Part shown: positions 34,601 to 45,452 of the stretch, piece after piece | How the letters are laid out: every line of letters starts with the position of its first letter | How positions within the stretch are numbered: position 1 is the first letter of the stretch | NCBI GenBank assembly: GCA_013265495.1 | Contig: MU061989.1 | Location: 2,050,384-2,114,383 of the forward strand | Direction: 5' to 3' | Source of the DNA: Vicugna vicugna | Lineage: Eukaryota | DNA: 64,000 nt | Notes under the pieces: generated by a model | What the model was told of the DNA's origin: nothing | Databases searched by the model: none | The model's input: the letters and a program-made list of their open reading frames with translations, nothing else | Program-made: the position numbers and the translations under genes

Positions 34601-37600
34601 CCATGGCGATGGAGGGAACTCACCAATGCCCACTATCACGAAGGCAGCCACCCCATTGAGGATGCCCAAGTACTGGATACCGAAGACCACATGGTACAGG
34701 AAGAGTGCCACCAGGCAGCTGAGGCCGATGCTGGCAATCCCAAAGAAGGACAGGAACACTGGGCAGGGCAAGGGGCACAGGGGATAAAGTGGGGGGACCC
34801 AGCAGAACACACTCCTTCAGTGTCCCTGACCCCTGCTGCGTCCTGCCCCCACACACCCCCATCCCCGGGGAGTGCCTTCACCACCCCATCTGTGCCCAGC
34901 ACAGTTCTCTACGCCCAGAGAAGGGGCTGGGCAGGAGGCCTGAGTGGCAGATGAAGGCATTTCTGAGCAAGTCAGGTTGTTCGTGGGCCCTCATCTTTGC
35001 CGAACTTACCCCAAGTGCCAGTAGGGAATTGTTATATATTTAATAACCTGTCACCCCAGTATACTAGAGGTTCCATGGAGGTAGGAAGTGTGTCTGTGAT
35101 GTTCACCACTAGAACTCTGGCACCTTAGAGCTTCTGGCACATAGTTGGTACCCAATTAGTATTTGTTACATTGATGAACGAATGTCTTTTCCAGTTTTGA
35201 AGGCATGACCAACCTCTCACTCACTTGGGCAATACAGAGTACCTGCTGTATACGCAGAAAGCAGCAGCCAGGGCACATGGGGAGGTGGCAGTGGAAAAGT
35301 GAACTGGGGGACTAAGGGCAGCTGACCTGGGACTAAAAAACAGGCTACAGAATAATCTGTAAGGTGTCCAATACTCCAGACCCCTCAAAACATATTAGCA
35401 AGGTTATCAGCAAGAAGAAGATGGTCAAAGGGCAAAAGGTTCAACTGTGGGAGGTCCTTGCGGTGGGGGCCCTCAGGTGTGGTCCAACCTGCCACTGCAC
35501 CTCAATCACCTGCCTGGGATTAGGTGTTGTCTGAGCACCCCTCCCCCGCCAGGTCTGGCATGGCAGATTTAAGACCAGTTCTGGCATTCCTGAGCAGGAA
35601 GGCTTTGTTCCGAGAGAAGCACACTGGGAAGAGAGAAGGGGCTGGCTTCATGCGGGGCCTTCAGAGAAGCCCTACCTGAGCAGGAGGTGAGGATGTAGAC
35701 GAGGGCGGCGATGCAGCTGCTGCTGATGAAGGCCAGGAGCATGTCGTTGTTGAAGGTTCTGCGTACCTCGTAATCAAAGAGGTCTGTCCCCCCATACAGA
35801 ACCTGGACTTTGCTGGGGGAGGGAGGGCACAGAAAGATGGAGTGGATCAGAGATGGAGGAGGACCAGGAGCCATCCACCTCACCAGACGCTCTTTACCTT
35901 GGCTGTACATTACAATCACCTGGGGGCTACCAAGAATCCTGATGTCCAGGCCATACTCTAGACAAATGAAATCAGAATGTCTGGGGTGGGACTGAATGAT
36001 CAGTGAGGTGGAGACCACTGCTCTACACAGATAATAATCAATTGTAGCCAAATTGTATGTCATCTTCCAATTCTCAATTATTCACAGCAAAATTCAAAAT
36101 TCAAACCAGCTTCCAGATATTCAGTTTTACACTGTTACTCAGAGTGCATCTAACAGAATTTATTCTTTTTTTTTTAATGGAGGTACTGGGGATTGAACCT
36201 AGAATCTCACGCATGCTAAGCATACACTCTACCACTTGAGCTATACTCCCTGCTGAAGTTATTCTTAACAAGAAAAACATAACAAGCTGGTCAAGTGGAG
36301 TTTTAAAATACAAACAGGGGTGAGATCTGCTTCTGGCCAAGAAGGAGGAACAAGATGAAACCTAGATTTACCCTCCCAGTGAAACTAACCCCCAAATGAG
36401 AAAATATATGAAACAAGACCCTGGACATGAGACACCAAAGAGAATGATGATCTCTGAGAGATGAGAAACATGATGGGCCCTATGGTTACCCTGGCTTCCT
36501 GGTTTGAGAGAGTTTCCAGGCCTCAGTGCAGCCTAATATATGGGTTATTGGACTTCTCAAAAGAGGCTGAAAATTTTCCAGATTTGATGAAAACTATAAA
36601 CATACTGATTCAAAAAACTTGAGCAATCGACCCCAAATACACACACACACAAGCAATGAATAAAACTACAACAATGCACATGATAATCAAATTGCGCAAA
36701 ATTAGTAACCAATAGAAAATCTTAAAAGCAGCCTGAGCAAAAAAGAAAAAAAAAAGATTCATTACACATAGAGAAACAAAAATAAGCATGACAGCAGATT
36801 TCTCTTCAGAAATAATGCAGGTGAGAGGATGTTGGGGCAAGATCCTTTACCTACTGGGAAAAGAGTCACCCCAGAATTCTACACTCAGCAAAAATATATT
36901 TCAAAATCAAAGGCAAAATAAAGTCTTTTTCAGTATACAAAAGCTGAAAGAAGTCATCTCCAATATCCATGCACTATAAGAGATGTTAAAGGAAGTCCTT
37001 CAGGCAGAAGGAAAATGACATTTTTGTTTGTTTGTTTTTTTAGGGGGGAAGGTAATCAGGTTTATTTACTTATTTTTAGAAGAGGTGCTGGGGATTGAAC
37101 CCAGGACCTTGTGCATCCTAGGCATGTGCTCTACCACTTGAGCTATATTCTCCCCTCAGAAAATGATAATAGTTGGAAGTACACATCTACACAAAGGAAT
37201 AAAAAGGATGAGAAACAGTAACAACATGAATAAATATATAAACTTTTCTTATTACTTATGTAAATCTTTAAACAAGATAACTGACCATTTAAACAAACAA
37301 ACAAAATAACGTAGTGTGGGGGATTGTAACATATATGAAAATACATGTATGACAACAATAGCATAAAGGCCAGGAGGAAAGAAATGGTGGTGCACTATTC
37401 ATGAAGCTATATGTGAAGTGGTTTAACATAATTTGAAGGTACACTGATAATTTAAGGATGTTTACTATAACCCTGAAGCAATCCCTAAACTAAACAGTTA
37501 TGGCTAAAAAACCAACAAAGGAAATAAAATGGAATGATAAAAAATTTTCAGTCCAAAAGAAGGCAAAATAGAGGAAAAGGGGAAATAAGGATATATGCGA

Positions 37601-40600
37601 CAAATAGAATAAAATAAAATAGTCTTAAGTCAAACCATGTTAATAATTGCATCAACTGTAAATGGTCTAAAAATCCCAACTAAAAGGCAGAGATAGTCAA
37701 ATTAGATTGAAAAAAAACAGGACCCAGCTACCTACAAGAAGCTCACTTTAAATATAGACACAAGTAGGTTAAAAACAAAAGTATAGAAAAAGCTATACCA
37801 TGCTGATGTGAATCAAAAGAAAGCTGGAGTGGTTATATTAAAAACAATGAAGTAAATTTCAGAACAAAGAATGTTACTAGGGATAAAAGAAGTAATTTAA
37901 AAATGGTAAATGGGTCAATTCATCAAGAAAATACAACAGTCCTAAATGTTTCTGTACCTAATAATAGAGCTTTAAAATACATGAAGCAAAAATTGATAGA
38001 AAGGAAAAAAGAAATAGATAAACCTGCAATTGTAGCTGGACACTACAAAACCCTTTTCTCAATGATTGCTAGAACAATTAGACAGAAAATCAGTAAGGAT
38101 ACAGAAGACTTGAACAACACAATCAACCAACTTGACTTAATTAACATTTATAGAACACCCTACCCAAAAAATAGCAGAATGCACATTCTTTTCAAGTGCA
38201 TAGGGAACACTTAGCAAGACAGATGATATTCTGGACCATAAGACAAGACTCAATAAATTTAGAATAAGTTAAGTCATATAAAGTATGTTCTCAGACAACA
38301 GTAGAATTAAAGTAAAAATTAGCAACAAAACAACATTTGGGAAATTCCTAAATATTTGGAAACTAACACATTTTAAATATAATACAAGGATCAAAGAAAA
38401 TATCAAAAGAGAAGATAGAAACTATTTTGAATGGAATGAAAATGAGAGCACAACATGTCAAAATTTGTGGGATGCACTAAAACAATGCTTAGAAGGGCAA
38501 TTTTAGAGCAACAAACACTTATGTTAGAAAAAAAGAGAGCTTTCAAATCAATGATTTTAGCTTCTACTGCAAGGAAGCAGAACAAGAGAAAATTACATAG
38601 AAAGTACACTGAGAAAAGGAAATAATGAAGATCAGAGCATAAGTAAATAAACAAACAGAAAGACAATAAAGAAAAATCAATAAACCAAAATCCAGTTCTT
38701 CTAGAAGATCAATAAAATTGACAAACCTCTAGCCAGACTGACCATGAAAAAAAGAGAAAAGACACATATAAAAAAGATGACATCACTATAGTTTCTATAA
38801 ATTTTCAAATAAAGGAATAATTTCTATAAATATTCAAAGATGAGGGCCCAATACATAGTGATAGGAAACAGAAAACGGTCCCTGGGGTGGCAGTGGGAAG
38901 GCAAGGTGAGGCAGGATGGAGTGATTATCAAGGGGACATGAGTAAACTTCTTGGGGTAATGGATCTCTTTGCTATCTTGATTGTGGTAAAGGTTTCATGG
39001 TGTATACATGGGTCAAAACTAATCAAACTATAAACTTTTAAGTATATGCAGTTGGTGATATGTCAATTATGCCTCCATAAAGCTATTTAAAAAAACAAAC
39101 AGGACATTTAAAAACCAAGTAGAAAATATCTTTGGATTATCTACATTGTTGAAATAAATGGGTTAATTGATCTTTCACTGGAATAGAAAAGAGAAAGTTC
39201 AATCAATCGTTTATTCATTCATTCATTCATTCATTCATATAGCATTTACAGAGTACCTTCTAGATTCTAGGTCCTGTTTTAATTACTGACTATAAAAAGA
39301 GACAGGCTCAAATTTTTACTCTCAAGGAGAATGGAATAGTCTCATGCAAGACCAGTATTCCTGCCTAGAGAACTGCTAAAAATCAGATAAAATTGAGAAA
39401 TCATCTGTTTGACGACATTTGAGATTTCCTGAAGCAACAAGAACTAGTGGGCTAAGACTCCAGAAAGGGACAAACCTACAAAAGGTAAGCTTCCCTTCTA
39501 CAGCTATGTTTACCCTGGAGGCATTTGCTGATTCTGAACACAGGCAGGAGGCTGAAAAGCTAGGCTGGAAGTCAGGAAAACTAGCAGAGCTTTGGGCAGA
39601 AACTTGCAGACAAGCATAGCAGAAGGCCAGTTTCTTCCTCAGCACTTTTGCCAAATACTGGAGCTGTGTGTTGTATGAGGTTAAAATCCTAAGCAGAAGG
39701 CCTCTGAAAAAGCAGAGTAGACATATTTTTAGATTTGAGAGACAAAAATTAGGGTTTGGAATCTGTCAGGGTAAGAGGCTCTGCAGAACACACCAGGCTC
39801 TCAATTGAAAATCCTGGAGAACTAAGGGCAAACTAGAAGTAGGCTGAGACTTTACAGGACTGCAAACCAGCCTCAAACTGCTGACTGTGGAAGGTGATCA
39901 GCCACAACTCCACCTGCCTAATGGAGGGAAGGATAAACCTCTGGAAGGAATAACATCATCTGGACTTCTATGTTTTTATACATAATGCTCATCACTCAGT
40001 AAAAATTACCAGGCATACACACAGGCAGAACCACATGACCAAAGACCAAGTGAAAGAATAGACCACGGAAACACATCCACACGTTATCTGAAATAACCTA
40101 ATAACTTAATATCCTTAAGAAGGATAGAGAGGAGAATATGAGCAAAATATATAAAATAATGAAAATTTTCACCAGGGACTTAAGTCTATAATAAGGAATC
40201 ACTGAAAATTCTCAATAGAAAAACACAATGCTAACACTGAAATCTCAATAGACGTTAAATGGCAGATTAGAAAAAACGGAAGACAGGATCAGTGAACTGG
40301 GACATCTAAACCAAAACATGGAAAGAAAAGATGGAAAAGAAAAACCTGGAAAAGAGCACTGAAAACACATAGCACTCGTGTAAGAGAGGCTACAGGGATG
40401 TACTGTACAACACAGAGAATATAGCCAATATTTTGTCATAACTGTAAATAAAGTGTAACCTTTAAAAGTTGTATTAAAATTTAATTTTAAAAAATGAAGA
40501 AAGCAGCTTGCTAATTGCCCAGATTCTTCAGCTTACCTTTCCAATTCCTACCTCTTATTATCATATTCATAAAAAAAGAAAACATATGGTACTCTGAAAA

Positions 40601-43600
40601 TATCTAACATTTGGGTAATTAGAATCCTGAAAGGAAAGGGGACGGAGAATGATGTAGAAGCAATATTTGAAGAGATAGTAGCCAGGAAATCCCTAAAACT
40701 GATGAAAGTTATCAACCCATGGATTCAGGAAGCTCTGTTCACCTCAAGCAGAACAAATATAAAGAAAGCCACACTGACACACATCATAGTAAGACTGTTG
40801 AAACCAAAGACAAAGAGAAATCTTAAAAGCATTTAGAGGGGAAAAAAAAAAGACAATCATTCAAAGGGGCAACAAAAAGGTTTACAGCTGACATTTCCCC
40901 AAAAATGATGGCAGTCAGAACACAATGGATTGACATCTTTAAAGTATTAAGAGAAAATAACTGCAAATTTATAGTTCCATACCAACAGAAATATACTTCA
41001 AAAATAAAAGTAAAATAAAGATGCTTTCTAGGCAAACAAAACAGAATTTATCACCAGAAAACCTGCACTAAAAAAAAAAATACTAAAGAGAGTTCTTCAG
41101 ACACAAGGAAAATGATCCCAGAGGGGAACATGAAATTGCAGAAAGTAATGATGAGCAACAGAAGATGTAGATATGTGAGTAAATATAAATGGATTCTGAT
41201 CAGTAAAATAACAATGTAATGTCTTATGAGGTTTAAAATGTATATAGAATTAAAATACATGCAACAAAAATGCAAAAGCCTGAAGGGGTATAAATGCAAT
41301 GAATGAGTTCTAAGATTCCAGTGTTATCAGAGAAATAGTAAAAGTGATAATAGGTATTATTCTGTAGTAAATCAAGGTGCCATCTCTTCGGGTAACCAAT
41401 AATAGACTGATAAAAAGATTTTATTAATCCAAAAGAAGGCACCAAAGCAAGTCTACAGGGGCCCTGGTTGTCACCACTCCAATAAAGCTCTTGGGAGATG
41501 GAAGAGGGAAGAGGGGCTTTTTTTCTTACCCAGGACAGGGGTTTTGTCTCAGCAGCTGAACACATTAAGCAGAGGTAATTTTTGTTATCTACAACCTTGA
41601 AGATCCTTCCACAGCCAACCCAGATTCCCAAACCAGCCAAGTACCTTTCCCTGGGGTACCTCCAACCATTCATCCATCCATCCATCCATCCACCCACCCA
41701 CCCATCCATTCACCCACACATCCATCCACTTACCCATCCCCCAGACAAATCTCTAGTAGGAGATTCTCGGTACAGTGCCAGGAGCTAGGCCTGTAGAAGG
41801 GAAGCAGGAGCAATCCCCGTCCTCGGCAAACTCACACTTCACAGAGACATCATTAAATCAGACCTTCTCAGGCTTGCAAACAAGTCCCCTGCAAAGCCTG
41901 TAGGTCTGGGAAAAGCCTCAACATTCTGCATTTCTAACAAGTCCCCAGGTGATGCTGCTGCTGATTCAAGAGTTGCACTTTGAGTGACATGGAATTAGAA
42001 AACAAAAATACAGAGAGGTGAAACAGCATGCTGAAACTCCCACAATTAGGTGGAGTGACTGGGACCTCACCCCAGATGTATCTGACTCCAAAGCCTGTGT
42101 ATGATCTTTCCTGCCTCCCTTATGCAGGAGGACAGGGACTACAGAAATGGTTAGGCTGTTCCTTGAATGCAGCCTCAGGGAAAAGTTGCCCAGGTTGGAT
42201 CTTAGTGGATGAACAGGGGTTTGCTTGGCAATGAAGCAGGGCTAGGGGCATGCTCTTAGCACAGCAACTGGGGTAAAAACATACAGGGTAAGGGCTCTGG
42301 ATTAATATTTTGGACAGCTTACTTAATTGTACTGTGCCTCAACTTCCTCAACTGTAGGGTGAAGATAATCAGAACAGCTCCCTCACTGGGTTGGTGTAAG
42401 AATTAAGCTAGATAGTGCATAACGGCTTAGGACAGTGCGTGGCACAGCCTAGGCACTCAATAAATGTTAGCTCTGATTATTACAGTAGTTGCTCAATAAA
42501 GGAACAAGGGTATTTCAGACAGAACGAGTCCTCCTGTGCCAGGAGCTGTCTTGCCAGGGTAGGAGAAAGAGAGGCATTGGAGTTACTGCCCCGCAGGCCT
42601 GAGAGATGAACTATCCAATTTGCTGGTGGGGAGGGGCCCAGTTATATTCTGAGATGCACACCCCAAGGTTTGGAGGACAATCAAAGTACCTACTGCCCAA
42701 AAGCTCTTTCACACTTCTTAGCTCATTCCTCCTACTGACCGCAGAAGGGTAGCAGGGCTCAGCATCCCCATTTTACCAGCAATAGCAGCCTTGCAAAGTG
42801 AAGTGACTTGCCCACTATCTCCCTGGATAGTAGAGACAGAGAGGAACTCCTTACTCCCAGGTCAATACTCTTTCCAGAAAGCCTTCTCGCACCATCACAG
42901 GAGAAAATCAATACCCAAGACTTCCTGGGCAGAAGTTCCTTCAAAGTTGTCTGTTCACTAACCATTAACCCTGATCAGGAAAAGTGTCCTTTCATCTGTC
43001 AGAGTGATGATGAGGATGTATTTGGCTCTGCCCCCGATCTGAATAGAAAGATTTCCTAGGGAAAGGTTGCTGGGAAGGGGATCCGCGATTTATAAGAAAG
43101 AAGCACCTGGAAACCAATTCCCTATCCTAATACAGCCCTTTCCTGGTACAAACAAGGGCAGGCACACACGGGACGCAGCTGGACCTCCTACCTAGTGGAC
43201 TGCTTGGCCAGCATGGCCACGTAGGTGACCACGAAGCTCTGAAACTTAGCCCGCTGCTCCTCCCAGCGATCGTCCACCGAGTAGTAGTTGGGCAGGGGTG
43301 CTCCAAAGAGGATCTCGCTGCGCAGGAGGGAGCTCTTGAGGTTTTCTGCAGAGAGGCCCTCGTCCACGTACCAGTAGAACTCAGGGTGAGTCATAGCCAG
43401 CTCTAGGGAGCCTGCAGAAGCAGGGGTGGGGGCCCAAGGAGCTCAGTGGGTCTGCTCCCACCAACCCTCCGTCAAGGTCATCCTGCCCTTCTCAACACCT
43501 CACCCCCTTTCTAAGGAGCTAGGAAGCTGTTCCAGCTTGGGCTGCCTCCAACTGTCCCTAACAGGACAGAGGGATGACGTACAGAAATCACAGCTGCCCA

Positions 43601-45452
43601 AGAGAAGCAGCCCCACAGATTTGCTCAGGAAGCTCCCACGAAGTTTACATCTTCACTTCAATTTGAACCTCACTTAATTCCAAGGCTCAATCTCTGCAGT
43701 CCTGTAACTCCACCTTCCCATTCCAGTCCTGCCTTCATGCGCTTAGAACCCTGCTCATACCCTCCTTAAAAGGCACACCCAAGACCTCCTCCTACAGCCA
43801 GTCTCTGGCTCCACTCCATCCTTTCTCAACTCCCATCTCTAATGAACCTCAAACTGACCCATCTCGATCTTTCTTCAACCTCAACCTCTCTCCAGATGCC
43901 CAGTTCTCTGTAACCACACCCCAACTTCCCTCTAACCAACCTCACGCCAAGCCCCACCCCAAGCGTTATCTACCCCTGGCCACAGCATAACTCCCAATCT
44001 CCCTCAATCCAGGTGTGCACCCAAACCTCCTTCCTTGCCTCCCTCAGATCCCATCTCACACCCAACCTGGCTCCCTGCTATTCCTCAATGATGGCCCCCA
44101 AGTCCACCCAGCACTCAGCTCAAGCCCGACTCCATCTCACAGACAATTACAACCCCAACCTCCTACCAGCCTGCAAAATACTGAATCAAGAATCAAGCCT
44201 TTCCTCAACCTCCAACTCCCGCCCCCAGCCTCCTTAAAGCCCCCTTACAAATCTCACCCACCCTCAGTCTCCACCCCTTGCAAGCCCCGCCTTCAGCCTC
44301 CTTCAGACCGGATCTCTACAGGCCCTGCCCCAGCCACACCCAGGAGTGCTCACCCCGGATGTCGGCCAGGTCCTGGCCCATGCCATCATAGTAAATCTTG
44401 CCACCCCTCTCAGTGGGGAAGAAGTAGGTCATGAGCGAGCTGGGCGGGGAGCAGTAGGAGTAAGAGCCGAGCGGCAGGTCCTTGAGCACTTCATGGGGCT
44501 TCCAGCAGAACTCCCGGAAGCCCGGATGGTCCATGATCTTGCGCTCAATCTCGTGGATTGTGACCAGCCGCTCACTCGTGAAAATGTTGCGCTCTGCGTC
44601 GCCACGCGCCAGGAAGATGAGCTCGATTCGCCAGTGTGCGTGCGTCTGGGTGTTGGCGCTCACATAGGAGCGTGAGTAGTCCCAGCGCGAGGCGCCCCGG
44701 CGGGCACGGCTCTGATTGGCCGCGGCCGCCATATGGGGCGGGGCGTCTGGCTGGTACCCCCCATTATCTTCTGTCCCCTGGTTCGCTGGGGCTTCACTTT
44801 GGTTGGCTGCCAGCCCCCCCAGGGGCGGGGTCTCGCGTCGAAGGCGCCCGCGCCGATTGGCTGCTGGCTTCCGGGCAGTGGAGGTGTCCCACGACAAGCC
44901 TAGGCCGAGCTGTGGGGCCGCGGGGACAGTGCGCCGGGCCCTGGCGTCTGGCCGCGAGCGGTTGCCTAGATGCAGCTGCTGCAATTGCTCTGAGATGAGG
45001 CGCTGGAGCGTCTCAGAAGTGAAGTCGGCCAGGTCGCGCCGGTTGCGCCCCCAGGACCCAAACTGGGACTTGAGTGCCAGCGTGAGGGCGTCGAAACGCT
45101 GAGAGGCCTCATGGTTGCGGATCTCAAAGGCGTTGTAGGAGATATCAATGTCCAGAGGCGGGTAGTAGAGGAACATGAAGGCTGACAAGGCCGTGGGGAT
45201 GCTGCAGCCCAGGAAGAGCACCAGCCCCGCGCAGCACGGATTGGTGAAAGCCCAGCCCAGGGTGCTCCAGAAGCCTGAGGCTGGGGGCCGGGAGGACAAG
45301 GCCCAGCGCTGCCAGCAACTCTGTCCGCCTGCCCCAGCCTGGGGCCCCGGCTTCTGGGCCCGCCTGAAGGCCTCTCTCGCGGCTTCCTCCTCCTCTTCCT
45401 GCTCCTCCTCTAGCCATACATCCTGCAGCAAGGGGTCATCCTCTGAGTCCAT
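16272..45452 (-). CDS. DISP3: DISP3/PTCHD2 spliced CDS, 20 coding exons, predicted 1393 aa
   Basis: Translated exons match recalled human DISP3 ([17 protein letters not shown]..., [24 protein letters not shown], ...[13 protein letters not shown]). Exon lengths 1099,220,137,135,161,140,149,162,162,114,137,(185),131,173,127,146,160,114,167,363 sum to 4182 with consistent phases. Confidence 0.97.
17495..17661 (-). CDS. DISP3: DISP3 exon 20 (GSSVD motif)
   Basis: TGCAG|GC; [17 protein letters not shown]...PPHQAE; GAG|GTGAG; 167 nt. Confidence 0.96.
18097..18210 (-). CDS. DISP3: DISP3 exon 19
   Basis: TCCAG|GG; [15 protein letters not shown]...VLLSIL; G|GTATGT; 114 nt. Confidence 0.96.
18779..18938 (-). 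CDS. DISP3: DISP3 exon 18 (followed by a GC donor)
   Basis: CACAG|ACC; [15 protein letters not shown]...FMEII; G|GCGAGC; 160 nt. Confidence 0.94.
19670..20010 (+). mobile_element. L1MB-like 3' end
   Basis: atgaacctgaag...gctaagtgaaat...actgaactatgcgcttaaaatggttaag. Confidence 0.8.
20943..21088 (-). CDS. DISP3: DISP3 exon 17
   Basis: CACAG|GC; [14 protein letters not shown]...SMAFES; TCG|GTGAG; 146 nt. Confidence 0.96.
21608..21734 (-). CDS. DISP3: DISP3 exon 16
   Basis: GGAAAG|GGC; [19 protein letters not shown]...AQCLPS; G|GTGAGT; 127 nt. Confidence 0.94.
22716..22888 (-). CDS. DISP3: DISP3 exon 15
   Basis: TGCAG|TG; [14 protein letters not shown]...HVIGDP; CCG|GTACG; 173 nt. Confidence 0.96.
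22966..23096 (-). CDS. DISP3: DISP3 exon 14
   Basis: CACAG|G; [17 protein letters not shown]...FFYVPSDK; G|GTACC; 131 nt. Confidence 0.95.
24350..24900 (-). mobile_element. L2 fragment
   Basis: (TCAT)n then gagcacctgctctgtgccaggcactgg. Confidence 0.65.
24991..25175 (-). CDS. DISP3: DISP3 exon 13 (5' part, 25064-25175, hidden in N-gap)
   Basis: Visible part [24 protein letters not shown] with donor CG|GTAAC. Start inferred from recalled human length of 185 nt, which fits phases 0 and 2. Confidence 0.85.
25064..25195. other. Assembly gap covering the exon 13 acceptor
   Basis: 132 N. Other gaps: 3229-3388, 3771-3925, 3931-4092, 52151-52342, 53073-53206. Confidence 0.95.
25935..26145 (-). mobile_element. 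MIR
   Basis: acagatgaggaaactgaggctcagggaggttaagt. Confidence 0.8.
26339..26475 (-). CDS. DISP3: DISP3 exon 12
   Basis: CCTAG|AC; [21 protein letters not shown]...VPSFQ; CAG|GTGAG; 137 nt. Confidence 0.95.
26680..26900. repeat. GGT/GAT-rich low-complexity tract
   Basis: ggaggtggaggtggcggtgg...gtggtagtggcagtggtg. Confidence 0.7.
27292..27405 (-). CDS. DISP3: DISP3 exon 11
   Basis: GGGTAG|GT; [37 protein letters not shown]; G|GTCAGT; 114 nt. Not present in the ORF track. Confidence 0.93.
28700..29345 (+). mobile_element. L2 fragment
   Basis: aataaaatccagagtcctc...cctcctccaggaagccttcc...gtgtttgtttaatgaaatg. Confidence 0.7.
29496..29657 (-). CDS. DISP3: DISP3 exon 10
   Basis: CGCAG|GC; [12 protein letters not shown]...CITCS; G|GTAAG; 162 nt. 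Confidence 0.96.
30035..30305 (-). mobile_element. MIR
   Basis: tttattgagcacttac...ggaaactaaggctcaga. Confidence 0.7.
30578..30739 (-). CDS. DISP3: DISP3 exon 9
   Basis: GGCAG|TG; [12 protein letters not shown]...SRWVIV; G|GTAAGT; 162 nt. Confidence 0.96.
30977..31125 (-). CDS. DISP3: DISP3 exon 8
   Basis: CACAG|C; [16 protein letters not shown]...[15 protein letters not shown]; G|GTGAG; 149 nt. Confidence 0.95.
32330..32640 (+). mobile_element. MIR
   Basis: gggtttaaatcttagctctgc...gtgaccttgaaaaagt...tctgtaaaatggg. Confidence 0.7.
32746..32885 (-). CDS. DISP3: DISP3 exon 7
   Basis: GCCAG|ATC; [13 protein letters not shown]...SACQT; AG|GTGAG; 140 nt. Confidence 0.96.
34038..34198 (-). CDS. 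DISP3: DISP3 exon 6 (SSD; GVDD motif completed across the exon 5/6 junction)
   Basis: CATAG|GC; [13 protein letters not shown]...ANIFSQ; CAG|GTGGG; 161 nt. Confidence 0.96.
34624..34758 (-). CDS. DISP3: DISP3 exon 5 (sterol-sensing domain)
   Basis: CCCAG|TG; [14 protein letters not shown]...VIVGI; G|GTGAGT; 135 nt. Confidence 0.96.
35676..35812 (-). CDS. DISP3: DISP3 exon 4
   Basis: CCCAG|C; [18 protein letters not shown]...LTSCS; G|GTAGG; 137 nt. Confidence 0.96.
35886..36021. mobile_element. MER5A-like hAT MITE
   Basis: ccttggctgtacattacaatcacctggg...gagaccactg. Confidence 0.7.
36166..36252 (-). mobile_element. tRNA-Ala-derived camelid SINE (Vic-1 type)
   Basis: A box TAGCTCAAGTGG, anticodon arm CTTAGCAT, B box GGTTCAATCCC, poly-A; TSD GAA(T/G)TTATTCTT at 36156-36167 and 36255-36266. 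Confidence 0.85.
36330..39095 (+). mobile_element. Degraded old L1 (5' region, ORF1, ORF2 endonuclease remnant, L1MC-like 3' end)
   Basis: ORF 37903-38214 ([28 protein letters not shown]...[15 protein letters not shown]) resembles the L1 ORF2 APE endonuclease; multiple stops. Confidence 0.85.
37021..37156 (-). mobile_element. tRNA-Ala-derived camelid SINE nested in L1
   Basis: A/B boxes, (CAAA)n tail; TSD GAAAATGA at 37011-37018 and 37159-37166. Confidence 0.85.
39350..41420 (+). mobile_element. Second degraded L1M (5' region and ORF1 remnants), with a short younger L1 3' end near 40370-40495
   Basis: aagcaatatttgaagagatagtagcc..., aatggattgacatctttaaagt (ORF1-like). Confidence 0.7.
41668..41725. 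repeat. (CATC)n-like microsatellite
   Basis: cattcatccatccatccatccatccacccacccacccatcc. Confidence 0.85.
41860..41990. mobile_element. MER5-like MITE
   Basis: ttctgcatttctaacaagtccccaggtgatgctg...cactttgag. Confidence 0.65.
42285..42480 (+). mobile_element. MIR
   Basis: gcctcaacttcctcaactgt...gcactcaataaatgttagct. Confidence 0.7.
43192..43411 (-). CDS. DISP3: DISP3 exon 3
   Basis: CTGCAG|GC; [13 protein letters not shown]...LAKQST; AG|GTAGG; 220 nt. Confidence 0.96.
44354..45452 (-). CDS. DISP3: DISP3 exon 2 (first coding exon; exon starts at 45455, 3 nt before ATG)
   Basis: Acceptor CCTGTAG|GCTATGG (strong Kozak); MDSEDD...DLADIR G; donor G|GTGAG. Confidence 0.97.
44600..45250. promoter_or_regulatory. 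Exonic CpG-rich segment with CCAAT and GC boxes
   Basis: Dense CpG; ATTGG at 44715 and 44856; GGGGCGGGG at 44735 and 44822. Confidence 0.5.

Noticed and set aside
37903-38506. Plus-strand ORFs with endonuclease-like sequence as a gene
   Set aside because: Fragments of decayed L1 ORF2 with stops and frameshifts.
44346-45102. Plus-strand ORFs overlapping exon 2 (and similar ORFs over other exons)
   Set aside because: Antisense or shifted-frame shadows of GC-rich coding sequence; no recognisable protein.
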